Made by a program: the position numbers and the translations under genes | Assembly (NCBI RefSeq): GCF_964355755.1 | Contig: NC_092676.1 | Location: forward strand, 25,190,871-25,254,870 | Origin: Antedon mediterranea | Lineage: Eukaryota > Animalia > Echinodermata | Direction: 5' to 3' | DNA: 64,000 bases | Shown here: positions 41,057-52,442 of the stretch, piece after piece | Layout of the letters: every line of letters starts with the position of its first letter | How positions within the stretch are numbered: position 1 is the stretch's first letter | The notes under the pieces: generated by a model | Seen by the model: the letters and a program-made list of their open reading frames with translations, nothing else | Told to the model about the DNA's origin: nothing | The model's database searches: none

Positions 41057-41433
41057 TACTAAAGGAGATCTTCTTATCCCTCGTCCTTACCTTGAAATCT
41101 TTAAACTTTCTTTTAGTTTCAATGCTCCTTCTTTCTTTAATTCTCTACCTTTTAGCATTCGTAACTCTTACAATTTCTCCTCCTTTAAATCTCTTTTGAA
41201 AAAACACCTGTTTCTCTCTCTCAGATTTTTTTTTTCTTTTTTTCCTTCTTTCATTGTTGGCATTCTGTATATTTTTATATATATATTTATATTTATTTTT
41301 TATATCTTTGTTAATTTTGTGTTTTTATAGTTTATTTTGTATTTTCTGTTTGTTTTCAGGGTCCCTAATGATCAGCTGATGCTGGATGGACCACCCTCAT
41401 AAAATATTGTTGAAATAAATTAATTAATTAATC
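41057..41433 (+). mobile_element. 5'-truncated non-LTR retrotransposon (CR1/L2-group) 3' end
   Basis: 41061 onward translates KGDLLIPRPYLEIFKLSFSFNAPSFFNSLPFSIRNSYNFSSFKSLLKKHLF, matching the SF..NxLP..R..FK..LK ORF2 C-terminus. It has an AT-rich tail and 8-bp target duplication GGCATAAT (41049-41056 and 41434-41441). Confidence 0.8.
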
Positions 41434-41781
41434 GGCATAATCCCCGATCTCTACAGACTCTCTGTCTGCTCCGAATATTCTATAATAATTAGTTTCAGTA
41501 CTTTTATGTTATTTATTAGTCATATATCAACTACATGTACTCTATTGTATTATATATATAAAATAGGCCTATTTAGTTTTTAACAAGTTGATTAGAAAAT
41601 GAAACATATATTTTAACTACTGTTGTTTATTGACATACTAAGTAGTAGTCTTTAGTTTATTTGATTAAAAATTAATAGCTTACATAATCAGTGTCTGTTT
41701 GTTAAAGAATATTGCTACTTTCAACTCTTAAACAGATTAAACTAGTTAACCTAATATGTATTCTATATTTGGCTTTGTATA

Positions 41782-44745
41782 TTATCTAGGGCGGGCGGAC
41801 GAGGGAAGCCTTGGTGGCTGGATGTTAAATAACAAAATTCTTTCTTGTCCTACACGGATTAATATATGTTTCGATGAGCCATGTGCCTTTTGCATTGCTA
41901 TCATTCCACCAGAGACTACACACTGCCATGGTTCTTTTTGCAGACTTCTGAGATCAGACGTACTTAATGCTTTTATCATCCACTTTGCAATTTCGTTCCT
42001 GGTGCTTGTACCTTTCGAAAGGCATACTTTTATCAGAGACAGTACCTTCTCACTCGTTGTCATGTCAATGTCATTACTAATGTTGACTATGACTGGTCGG
42101 CTAACAGTGCCATCTGGAAAGCATTTTTCGTCGGTCGATGGTGTTTTACTTAGAATCAACAAGTTTCCAGCTATTTCAGCCTGAAAATAGTACTCTTGCT
42201 CAAAACCATGCGATATTTCAGCTTCCTTTCCAATAAAACAATTCCAACTTTTACCGTAATTGCTATTCATATGCTGAACTATGATCTTTGACCTTCCTAT
42301 TGGTGGTAAGTTGTTTTTGAAGGCGTCTTGGATAGTAGTGATGCAGAATGACTGCATATCGTCTTCCATAGATGACACTATGCTACTTGAAACAATTGAC
42401 TCTATGGAGAAAAAATTCGGTTTGTTTTAAATGCTTATACCATGAACATCATTCTTCGTCTAAGTTATATTCAATCTCACATTTTCATTAAGTCAGCTTT
42501 GTATTCAACCTCATTATCATCAATTTCCTCATCATCAAGTCATCTTTATTCCATCTCGATCATCTGCAAGTCATCTTTATTCAACCTCGATCATCAAGTC
42601 ATCTTTATTCCATCTCGATCAGCAAGTCATCTTTATTCAAACTCGATCATCAAGTCATCTTTATTCAACCTACAGTAGATCATCAAGTCATCTTTATCCA
42701 AACTCATCATCAAGTCGTCTTTATTCCATCTCGATCAGAAAGTCATCTTTATTCAAACTCGATCATCAAGTCATCTTTATTCAAGCTCGATTATTAAGTC
42801 ATCTTTATTCAACCTCGATCATCAAGTCATCTTTATCCAAACTCATCCATCATCAAGTCGTCTTTATTCCATCTCGATCAGCAAGTCATCTTTATTCAAA
42901 CTCGATCATCAAGTCATCTTTATTCAACCTCGATCATCAAGTCATCTTTATTCAACCTCGATTATTAAGTCATCTTTATTCAACCTCGATCATCAAGTCA
43001 TCTTTATTCAAACTCGATCATCAAGCCATCTTTATTCAACCTCGATCATCAAGTCATCTTTATTCAACCTCGATCATCAAGTCATCTTTATTCAACCTCG
43101 ATCATCAAGTCATCTTTATTCAAACTCGATCAAGTCATCTTTATTCAAACTCGATCATCAAGTCATCTTTATTCAAACTCATCATCAAGTTATCTTTATT
43201 CAAACTCATCATCAAGTCATCTTTATCCAAACTCATCATCAAGTCATCTTTATTCAAACTCGATCAGCAAATCATCTTTATCCAAACTCGATCATCAAGT
43301 CATCTTTATCCAAACTCATCAAGTCATCTTTATCCAAACTCATCAAGTCATCTTTATTCAAGCTCGATCATCAAGTCATCTTTATTCAACCTCGATCATC
43401 AAGTCATCTTTATTCAAATTCGATCATGAAGTCATCTTTATTCAACCTTGATCATCAAGTCATCTTTATTCAACCTCGATCATCAAGTCATCTTTATTCA
43501 ACCTTGATCATCAAGTCATCTTTATTCAAACTCGATCATCAAGTCATCTTTATTCAATCTCGATCATCAATTCATCTTTATTCAAACTCGATCATCAAGT
43601 CATCTTTATTCAACCTCGATTATTAAGTCATCTTTATTCAACCTCGATCATCAAGTCATCTTTATTCAAACTCAATCATCAAGTCATCTTTATTCAACCT
43701 CGATCATCAAGTCATCTTTATTCAAACTCGAACATCAAGTCATCTTTAATTAAACTCATCAAGTCATCTTTATTCAAATTCGATCATCAAGTCATCTTTA
43801 TTCAAACTCATCATCATCTATTGAAACACTTTATATCATATCATCAAGAATGTATTAATTTAACATACTTTTGTTTAATGAAAGGAGCTCTGTTGCAAAT
43901 GGATTCGGCTGCAGTTGTTTGAGATATGTTGTTGTTGGAATGTTCTCACTCGGCTTCAAACGTCCTAGGTACATTAACTGTTGTTCTACATTGCCTATGC
44001 TAAGCTGGAAATCGTCTGTTGTGTTTTTACTCCTTGTGTAGGCAATCTCAAGTTTTTTCCGTGTATTATCCACTTGTAGTTTGGCAAGTTGTTTTCTCTC
44101 AATTTCTTCAGCCTTCATTTCAATATCTCGCAGTCGTTTCTTAAACTCTTCCTCTTCCCGTTTTTTAGCGCCCTGAATGTAGTTGTCTTTCTGCTCATTT
44201 AAAATCTTCTTGTAAGCATCGATGTTATCGATTTGAGTTTTGTATTCAGAGTTTTCTTTGAGGCAGTCTTCAAAAAGTTGGTTGACTATTTCTAAAGCTT
44301 CATTGACAGTTAGTATATTGTGACGTAAGTGCTCATTATTGCAACATACGTCACAGATGAGTTCACTGCAAGTTGTACACCACATATTCAATGGCCTGTT
44401 ATGCTTAGGCCTACTGCATCTAGACTTACTGTTAGTAATGATAGATTTGTCAGCCTTCTCCAAAGATTCTTTTGCGGATTCAGCCAGAAAAAACGCCGGC
44501 AGGTCTTTAATGCCATTTTCTGGAATTGGTGTTGGCTGTCGACATGTAGCGCAATTTACTGAATTCCGGTGTCTACCGGATTGAACCTGTGTTGCTGCGT
44601 ACCTTTTCAGGCATTTTAAACAAAATGCATGACCACACCTCAGTTGTTTAGGTTGAACCATCACTTCGAAACATATTGGACAAGTAGCAATATTTTCCAG
44701 ACATTCTCTCAACGGATCTTCTTCCGATCGGCTTGCCATTTTCAT
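41782..44745 (-). CDS. TRIM type A copy 1: RING (C3HC4) - B-box2 - coiled coil spliced to two tandem dynein light chain LC8-like domains; about 498 aa
   Basis: Exon 1 is 44745-43869 (877 nt, ends phase 1 at GTATGT). Intron is 43868-42402 with acceptor ttttttctccatag. Exon 2 is 42401-41782, in frame. RING CPIC..CGHAFCLKC..CATC; B-box C.4.H..WCTTC..ICDVC..H..H; LC8-like repeats MEDDMQ..MNSNYGKSWNCFIG and EIAKWM..WQCVVSG..KHILIRVGQERILLF. Confidence 0.85.
42530..43815. repeat. 28-bp minisatellite filling the intron of TRIM type A copy 1
   Basis: Unit TCGATCATCAAGTCATCTTTATTCAA(A/C)C, roughly 45 copies. Confidence 0.95.
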
Positions 44746-44977
44746 TAATATCTAATAATAATAATATAGGCCTAACTCGAATCTAAAATCCGATTGTAGG
44801 CTGCTACAGTATAATGTTGAATTCAATCGTAGCTGATCGTGAATGCCAATTGGGTACATTTCATTCTTCTCGAAAGGGGTGTCGTAATGTCCGATAACAT
44901 GTATGAATACTATTTATCCCGTAAGCGGATCTAAACGTTTGCATTGTGTTGAAAATAGAATATTCCAAATGAAGAAA

Positions 44978-44987
44978 GGGGATTTCC
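44978..44987. promoter_or_regulatory. NF-kB consensus site upstream of TRIM type A copy 1
   Basis: GGGGATTTCC fits GGGRNWYYCC; the context AAGGG(G/A)ATTTCCAGATAT is shared with the copy 2 upstream region. Confidence 0.55.
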
Positions 44988-45211
44988 AGATATTTATTTT
45001 TATTGCTGCAGATTCTACGTATCGATAATAATGAATAATCGCGCCCTTATTGGTTAATACCAATACAGTTGTAATTTAATTCATTAATTATTTATAATTA
45101 TGTTTACTCTTTTATTGCCCTCTATAGACTGTTGCATTCGTTAATTTAGTCAATGCCCTCTAGTGTTGACGTACGTCTTTGTTTTTCTGCGTATGTTTAA
45201 AATGGGTGCAG

Positions 45212-45382
45212 GTCAAGTCGGCCCTAAACCGTCTCGGCCAAAGTCAAGTCGGCCCCACGTCAAGTCGGCCCCAAGTCAACTCGGCCCCAAGTCAACTCGG
45301 CCTCAAGTCAACAAGTCAACTCGGCCTCACGTCAACTCGGCCAAAAACTAATCGGTCAACTCGGCCACAATAAAGTATGGAA

Positions 45383-45447
<65 letters not shown>
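45212..45447. repeat. Short AAGTCAACTCGGCC tandem array followed by (TA)n microsatellite (45389-45447)
   Basis: Directly visible repeats. Confidence 0.85.
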
Positions 45448-45451
<4 letters not shown>

Positions 45452-47162
45452 ATGTTGTAAGAAATCGTGTACCTGAAGGGTATGCTTTCCAGTTTAGAGA
45501 TCCGGTCATATCTATAACGCACATGCACAGTTTACTCTTATTCATATTCAAGTACAGTTTATAACTTATCACATTTTGTAATTTCCTCTGTAATTTCCAA
45601 GTGTAGTTTCTAATTTGTGTAGGGTTTTCGAGACCCCCATTCAACTCAATTGTACTTCCGATTATGAGAACCGGTGTCATTGTCATTTTTTGTACAGTTC
45701 TATTGTTTATTGAATAAATTACTGATGTCTAAAAAGCGACCAAGAAAAAAAAGCTTTATCCAAATGAGTTGAAAATTCCCTCATCATTCTCTTTGTTGTA
45801 ATTTGTCAAAAAATAGGGATGGTTGTTTTGTTGCTGATTTCCTAAATGTATTGACTAATTATACTAAAGAGGATTTAAAAAAAAAACAGAAAATAACGTA
45901 AAAAAATGTTCCAGAAATTGTATAGAAATATGTAATCATTATTATTTATGAAATATTGAATGAATAAAGGTGGTAAAGCCACAAAAGATAAACAAAAATA
46001 ATAATACACAAAAAGAAATAATTAAAAAAAGAGGACCCAGCCATGGTGTGTTTAAAACTCAATATAACTATCTGATATTGTAGACATGTAGTTTACAATA
46101 CAATCCAATAAATGTCATCGTGATGTATCCGGGTGAGATATTATATACATATAAAGTTACGTAAGGGCAAAATTCGGTAAATTGCGCCTTACTTCTAGAA
46201 TTTTTACTCAATGGTAATGGTTATTGGTTTATACGCTCGGAACTGATTTTAACCACCTAATGTAATCCTGTTTACTAATTAAGTTGAGTTAGATAATTAG
46301 TTATTGACAATTAAAACGAATTAAATTGAGGTTTAACGATTTGCCCCAAATCGATCGTGGTATACGTTACGTATGAATGTTATTTTGGACGTTAAAACAT
46401 TGCGAATACGTCATTCACAAACATTACATATAACATTAAAAAAACGTATCGAACACGTTCTTATCAACGTTATTGCAGACATTATAAATACGTTTTTAAT
46501 ACGTTATTATGAACATTATTGAGGACGTTCAGAAAACGTTAATTTTGACGTTATAAAGTCGTAAAAAAGGTCGACATTTTTGCGTTCGTGCAACGTTATT
46601 AGAAAACGTCTACAGTTTTTTTCATTTTAAACATAATGGCAATTGTATTTGGCAACAGATTACATCATGTTTGTATTTATTCACTCTGTGTTCATTTTTT
46701 ACAATGTCCAGATATTAACGCCAAAGTTCCTGTATTAACCTGTATTAAAGAGCCATCTGGGCAATTGCAAGCGCGTATGTATACATTTACGTAAGGAAGT
46801 AGGTTTTTATAGGACGTTTAGTTTTATTCGTACAGTATTGTAAGGACATTTCAGTAAATCGCGCGTAACCCTTTTCTCAATGCTTTAGAAAGTGGGTTCA
46901 TATTACATTCCGTACTAAATTGTACCAGCAATTGAAAACCATTAGGCCTACTACTTAATTTGAGTTAGATAATTATTTATTGACGATTAAAATTTAGGTT
47001 AAACGATTTGAGTTAGTTGCTTTCATGAGCACAGCTACCGCAACTTAAGTATGAATTGGCTTTAAAAAACAATTGAAAATTAGGTCTACTAATTAAGTTG
47101 AGTTAGATAATTATTTATTGACGTTTAAAGCGAATTTACGATTTGCCCCAAATAGAGGTGTT

Positions 47163-47874
47163 TTTAGTCGCGTGGACGCGACTCTATAGTTCACTATGTC
47201 GGTCGGTCGGTCTGTCGGTCCGGTATCACTATGCGTTTTATCGCTTTCTGACCTTATCTTGATATCAGTTTAATCTAGCTAAGTCAATTTTTCACAGTAT
47301 ATTCCTTATGGCCAGGAGTCGATGTGGTTATGTTTTTGCGGGGCGCAATAAAAAATTACGCGGTCTACGCACGGTTTAACGAAATCACGTTTGTAATCAT
47401 ATCTTCACAACCATGAATCACAATTAAATAAAATTTTGTACTCATAAATTTCAGGGCATAAATCATCATATGGCAATACAATTACGTGCGTAGCGCATGT
47501 AACGCATGCGTACGCGCGCTTAAAATTTTCAAAATTTATTTTCGATGAAATAAGAGTACGTTTCAGGCAATTTTAAGCGTTTACAAAATTGCCATGAGTG
47601 CGCAGATTTTTGCGCGCGCACTGCGCGTTAAATGTTATTGCACACTCTTTTTGCCCGATTTCTGTTTTCTTGACTTACTTTTCAACTCGAAATTACGTTA
47701 TACGAGCACGTCAAAAGTGACAGGCTACGCACGTGTAAATTAAAAAAATATAAATGTTTTTAAACATTTCAACATTTTTAAACATGTTCAGTAATTTCGG
47801 TCAGTTGGTAGGTTGGTCGGTCGGTCGGTAAACACTAATGAGCACGCGACTGCAGCCATCTATATGGCCTTGTT
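47163..47874 (+). mobile_element. Helentron-associated (DINE-1/HINE-like) non-autonomous element; internally deleted copy at 57842-57958
   Basis: Sub-terminal inverted repeats AGTCGCGTG / CACGCGACT, (GTCG)n microsatellite, 3' hairpin GCCATCTATATGGC, T-rich insertion site. Confidence 0.7.
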
Positions 47875-48091
47875 CACAAACTGTTTTACATATAAACACA
47901 TACTGATAGTTGCTTATCAACGTTTGTATTAATTAATACTGTAATTACAAAAAATATAAACGTCGTAGTGGTGTATCGTTACATGTACTTTACCATTTCA
48001 ATCGAATATGGCAGTGACAGTATTAAATCACAATGTTTTACTGTTATTGGTTATTTATAAAACTATATATTTGATAATCGTTTCCTAAAGT

Positions 48092-48964
48092 TTAATTAGC
48101 TATGATATATAAAAATGCAATAAGAAGTAAAACAATAATCTTTCCGAGATCACACTCTTCTTGACGATTGACGCCTCTAATCATTGTCATGTCTTGTCGT
48201 ACAAGCTCAAATCGATTGCCTATGATTGCATTGTCTCGTACTCCAAGATATTCAAGCTCCCTTCTTTTATATGATCGTTCAAGTTCTTTCTTCTCTCTAA
48301 ATGCCCGTGCTGCTTGCTGTCGTATCTCACGATTTTCATGTCGTGCTTGATCAAGTTCAGCTTGACTTCCTCTGCCTTTGTTTTTTCTTACTGGTTGTTG
48401 TTTTCTGGTTTCTTTCAAACGTTCTATCTCTCTTACCAATGATTCATTTTTTAATTGACATTCAGTATAAGCTTTTTCCATTTCTGCTATTTTCTGCTCA
48501 TATCTGCACTTACATCCACGAAATGCTTCAATGAAAGTGTTCGTTGAAATTATGTGTTTGTGATGTTGTCCACGACAGACACCACATATCAGTTCCATGC
48601 ATGTTTCACACCATATGTTTAAAACTTGATTATGAGCAGGTTCGTCGCAGAACGGAAGTCTAACAGTCGTTAACCCCAATTTTTTAGCCTTTTTAAAACA
48701 TTCTTTTGCATCTTCGATCAAAAAAGACGACGGAAGTCGTTCAAGACCAGTTTTTGGAATTTTAGTTGAATGTCGACACAAAGCGCACACAACATAACAC
48801 GTGAAGTGGTGTTTGGGTTCACATTGCTTACGTAGACATTTTAGGCAAAACGAATGTCCACACTGAAGAAATTTAGGCGTTTCCATCTCTTCCATACACA
48901 TTGAACATTCAATGAGGTTTTCAACAAACGTCCTAACCGGGTCGTTGTCTTCTAGCTCAGCCAT
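48092..48964 (-). CDS. TRIM type B copy 1: single-exon RING - B-box - coiled coil with C-terminal hydrophobic tail (putative membrane anchor)
   Basis: ORF from ATG 48964 (MAELEDNDP). RING CSMC..CGHSFCLKC..CALC, B-box C..H..WCETC..ICGVC..HH.H, charged helical region, ends GKIIVLLLIAFLYIIAN-stop. Confidence 0.85.
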   Translation of the reverse strand: MAELEDNDPVRTFVENLIECSMCMEEMETPKFLQCGHSFCLKCLRKQCEPKHHFTCYVVCALCRHSTKIPKTGLERLPSSFLIEDAKECFKKAKKLGLTTVRLPFCDEPAHNQVLNIWCETCMELICGVCRGQHHKHIISTNTFIEAFRGCKCRYEQKIAEMEKAYTECQLKNESLVREIERLKETRKQQPVRKNKGRGSQAELDQARHENREIRQQAARAFREKKELERSYKRRELEYLGVRDNAIIGNRFELVRQDMTMIRGVNRQEECDLGKIIVLLLIAFLYIIAN

Positions 48965-49520
48965 GTTGTGTTCAATAAGATGAACTAAACTCAATTAACT
49001 AACTGATATTGTAGGCATGTGACGCGAATGACGAAAGGAAGTGAACAACATTGTAAATTCCAAAAAAACTTTAGCCAAGGTCAAGGTGTATAACTTCAAC
49101 TCAGCATCCGAAATAATTAAAGTGAACGTTTGTTGTTGTCTACAATCGTCGACTTTCAGGAAACCATCAAGTTTTTAATAAATTAGCGAGGTTCACGCAA
49201 CAATGAATTGAGTGGTGAAATGTCACGAAATCCAATGCGTCGGGTATACAAATGTATTATAGTGTAATTGTGCTTTTTTACGTGGTCTCCTATTTCTAGC
49301 TCATCACTGTATTAAGTGGGTGTTGGGCTACAAACTTTGTCACAAAGTGGTATCAGCCTACATTGAATCAAATCATAAAATAATACACTGCCAATTTCTT
49401 GTAGGAATATAGTCATACACTTATAGATATTTGTGAAAATACTCTAATAGACACGATAATGAACAGAACATTCCAAATAAATTTACTCGGAAATCTTTCA
49501 ATTAGGCCTATATTAATGTT

Positions 49521-51054
49521 TTAGCTAAAAGTAATTAATATATGTTTAGATGAAATGTTCCCCTTTTGCATTGCGATTACACAACCAGTGACAACACAGT
49601 GCCACTCTTGGTTTTGTTTTCTCAAACGGCCACCTGGAATATTATCTAGTGAATTCGTAATCCACTTGGCGATATCATTCCTGGAGTTTACACCATTCGC
49701 AGGAAAGGTTTTCATCACATTTAGCACCTTCTCACGAGTTTCAATATCAACGTTGTCACTCACGATGACTGGTCGGCTAACGGTGCCATTTGGAAAGCAT
49801 TCTCCTTCCACTGATGCCATTTTACTAAGAATCAATAAGTTTCCACCTATTTCAGCCTGGAAAAAGTACTCAGACTCAAATCCATGCGATATTTCAGCTT
49901 CCTTTCCAATATAACAATTCCAACTTTTACCGTACTTGGTATTCATATGTTGAACTATGAACTTTGACCTTCCTTTTGGTAGTATTTAAGGGCGTCTTGG
50001 ATAGTAGTGATGGAGAATGAATGCATGTCTTCTTCCATAGATGACACTATGCTACTTACTCCACACGAATTATCTATGGAGGCAAACATAATTTGGGGTT
50101 TAAATTACCATAAGTACTACAACTATCAGAATGTTACTATTTACAATAAGAAGTTCAAATAAAATTCCACATACCTTGAGATGGAATAAATGGATCTGGC
50201 TGACTCAGCAATGGTCTTAGTGCAGTTGTTGCAGTTTGTAAGAATCCTTGTTTCTCACCTGGTTTAAAACATGACATGTATAACAATTGCTGAGGAACGT
50301 CCCCTTTGCTTTGCTGAAAATTATCTGTTACATTTTTACTACTTGTGTAGACAATCTCAAGATCGTTTAAAGTATCTTCTAGTTCTCCAAGTTTACTTTT
50401 CTCAATCTCTTCAGCCTTAATTTCAATATCGCGTACTCGTTTCTTAAATTCTTCCTCTTCTTTTTCTATGGCATCTTTTACGTAGTTGTCTTTTTGCTGC
50501 TTTAAGATATTTTTGTAATTATTTATTTTATCGATTTGAGTTTTGTATTCCGAGTTTTCTTTGAGGCAGGCTTCAAAAAGTTGGTTTACGATCTCTAACG
50601 CTTCGTTGACCGTCAGTATATTGTGACGTAAGTGCTCGCTTTTGTAGCATACGTCACAGATGAGTTCACTACAATCTGTACACCATGAATTTAATTGTCT
50701 GTTATGCTTAGGCCTATTGCATCTAGATTTATTGTTAGTTCTAGCTTTGTCAGCCTTATCCAAAGAATCTTTTGCTCGTTCAGCCACAAAAAAGGACGCA
50801 AGTCCTTTAATACCACTTCTTTTTGGAATCGTGGTTGACTGTCGACATGTAGCACAATCGACTTCAGAAACCGATTTACCCTGCTGTCTAGCTTGTGTCG
50901 CTACATACTTTTTTAGGCATTTTAAACAAAATGCATGTCCACATGAAAGCTGTTTAGGTTGGTCCATCACTTCGAAACATATTGAACAAGTAGCAATGTT
51001 TTCAAGACATTCCCTTAACGTCAATAACGGATCCTCTTCCGACCGGCGTGCCAT
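49521..51054 (-). pseudogene. TRIM type A copy 2: intact RBCC exon, LC8-like exon frameshifted and 3'-truncated (truncated gene or incipient pseudogene)
   Basis: Exon 1 is 51054-50175 (880 nt, GTATGT donor). The 101-nt intron ends at a ctccatag acceptor and exon 2 starts at 50073. A small deletion near 49980-49988 shifts the frame to TAG at 49957-49955. The ancestral frame continues as ORF 49946-49521 but ends KHILITFS* instead of KHILIRVGQERILLF. Confidence 0.8.
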
Positions 51055-51162
51055 TTTTACCAATAAATTAACAATTAATGGCTATAAATAATAAGGCTTA
51101 TAGACATAAATGTCTAACTGTCAAGTGTAAATAACAATAGAGTGTTCCGTTTACTGTCGAAA

Positions 51163-51172
51163 GGGAATTTCC
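51163..51172. promoter_or_regulatory. NF-kB consensus site upstream of TRIM type A copy 2
   Basis: GGGAATTTCC about 110 bp upstream of the ATG; paralogous to 44978-44987. Confidence 0.55.
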
Positions 51173-51506
51173 AGATATCTTTTTTTTTAGTGCAGGTTGT
51201 TTTTTCCGAATTGCGCCCTCATTATTAGTTATATTATTATTTGTACCGTAGATAATAAGATAAACTTTTACAAACTGAGAAAATATCACCTAGTTAGATA
51301 TAGTTTAGTTATGTGTAGAGAAAATAAAACAAATAATAATAAAATAAATAAACATCGAAACAGTGCAGCGCCCACAAATGACAGGTGGTGGGGGCTGAAG
51401 ACCAGTCGTAGGCCTATCTACACCGGGGTAACTCCGCCGACTCTTCCGAAAGATGCACTGGCTTCTTTAAAGTGCACAAGTGTTAAGTCCTTATCATCAG
51501 ACTATA

Positions 51507-52442
51507 TTACCGTAGGTATATCATACTATAGATATAATAAATCAAAACAATTATCAAAACAATTAATATCAAAATAAAATAAATAATTTGGCTTTCGATA
51601 GAAATCGCTATAATGGTAAGCCTATATTGTACCTGTACAGGCCTTTGATTGTGTCTCATAACTCTACGTTCTTTTCTCTCACGATTTTCAGATCGTACTT
51701 GTTCAAGTTCCTTTTGATATGTTCTTACAATCCGTTCATGTTCTTTCTTCTCTCTTAATGCACGTTCCCGTATCTCACAATTTTCATGTTCATATTGATT
51801 TCTTCTATGCTTCTTTTTTCTGATTGGTGCTTGGTGTTTTCTTTTTTCTATATTCAAACTTTCAATCTCTCTTAACAATGATTCAGTTTTCAATTGACTT
51901 TGCGATTGTACCAATTCCAAATCTGTATAGGTTTTTTTCATTTCTGCTATTTTATGCTCATATCTACACTTATCTTTACAATATTCATGAAATGCTTCAA
52001 AGAAAGTGATCATTGAATAACTTATGATGTGGCCGTGATGTAATTGTTCACGACAGACACCACATATCAGTTCCATGCATGTTTCACACCATATGTTTAA
52101 AACTTGATTATGACCAGGTTCGTTGCAGAACGGAAGTCTAACAGTCGTTAACCCCAATTTGTTAGCTTTTTTAAAACATCCTTTTGCATCTTCGATCAAA
52201 AAAGACGACGGAAGTCGTTCAAGACCAGTTTTTGGAATTTTAGTTGAATGTCGACACAAAGCGCACACAACATAACACGTGACGTGATATTCGGGTTCAC
52301 ATTGCTTACGAAGACATTTTAGGCAAAATGAATGTCCACACTGAAGAAATTTAGGCGTCTCCATCTCTTCCATACACATTGAACATTCAATAAGGTTTTC
52401 AACAAACGTCCTAACCGGGTCGTTGTCTTCTACCTCAGCCAT
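51507..52442 (-). CDS. TRIM type B copy 2: single-exon RING - B-box - coiled coil with C-terminal hydrophobic tail
   Basis: ATG 52442 (MAEVEDNDP). The first about 130 aa are nearly identical to copy 1. Ends IIYFILILIVLIIVLIYYIYSMIYLR-stop. Confidence 0.85.
   Translation of the reverse strand: MAEVEDNDPVRTFVENLIECSMCMEEMETPKFLQCGHSFCLKCLRKQCEPEYHVTCYVVCALCRHSTKIPKTGLERLPSSFLIEDAKGCFKKANKLGLTTVRLPFCNEPGHNQVLNIWCETCMELICGVCREQLHHGHIISYSMITFFEAFHEYCKDKCRYEHKIAEMKKTYTDLELVQSQSQLKTESLLREIESLNIEKRKHQAPIRKKKHRRNQYEHENCEIRERALREKKEHERIVRTYQKELEQVRSENRERKERRVMRHNQRPVQVQYRLTIIAISIESQIIYFILILIVLIIVLIYYIYSMIYLR

Noticed and set aside
41782-42378. The ~200-aa ORFs (also 49521-49946 and 53500-54120) as independent single-exon genes
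   Set aside because: Two begin at non-ATG codons in the track, and all three are preceded by a conserved acceptor in phase with a conserved donor in the upstream TRIM ORF, so they are better read as second exons.
42530-43815. CRISPR-like appearance of regular 28-bp repeats (also the 27-bp array at 55870-56265)
   Set aside because: Units are head-to-tail with no unique spacers, there are no cas genes, and the context is eukaryotic.
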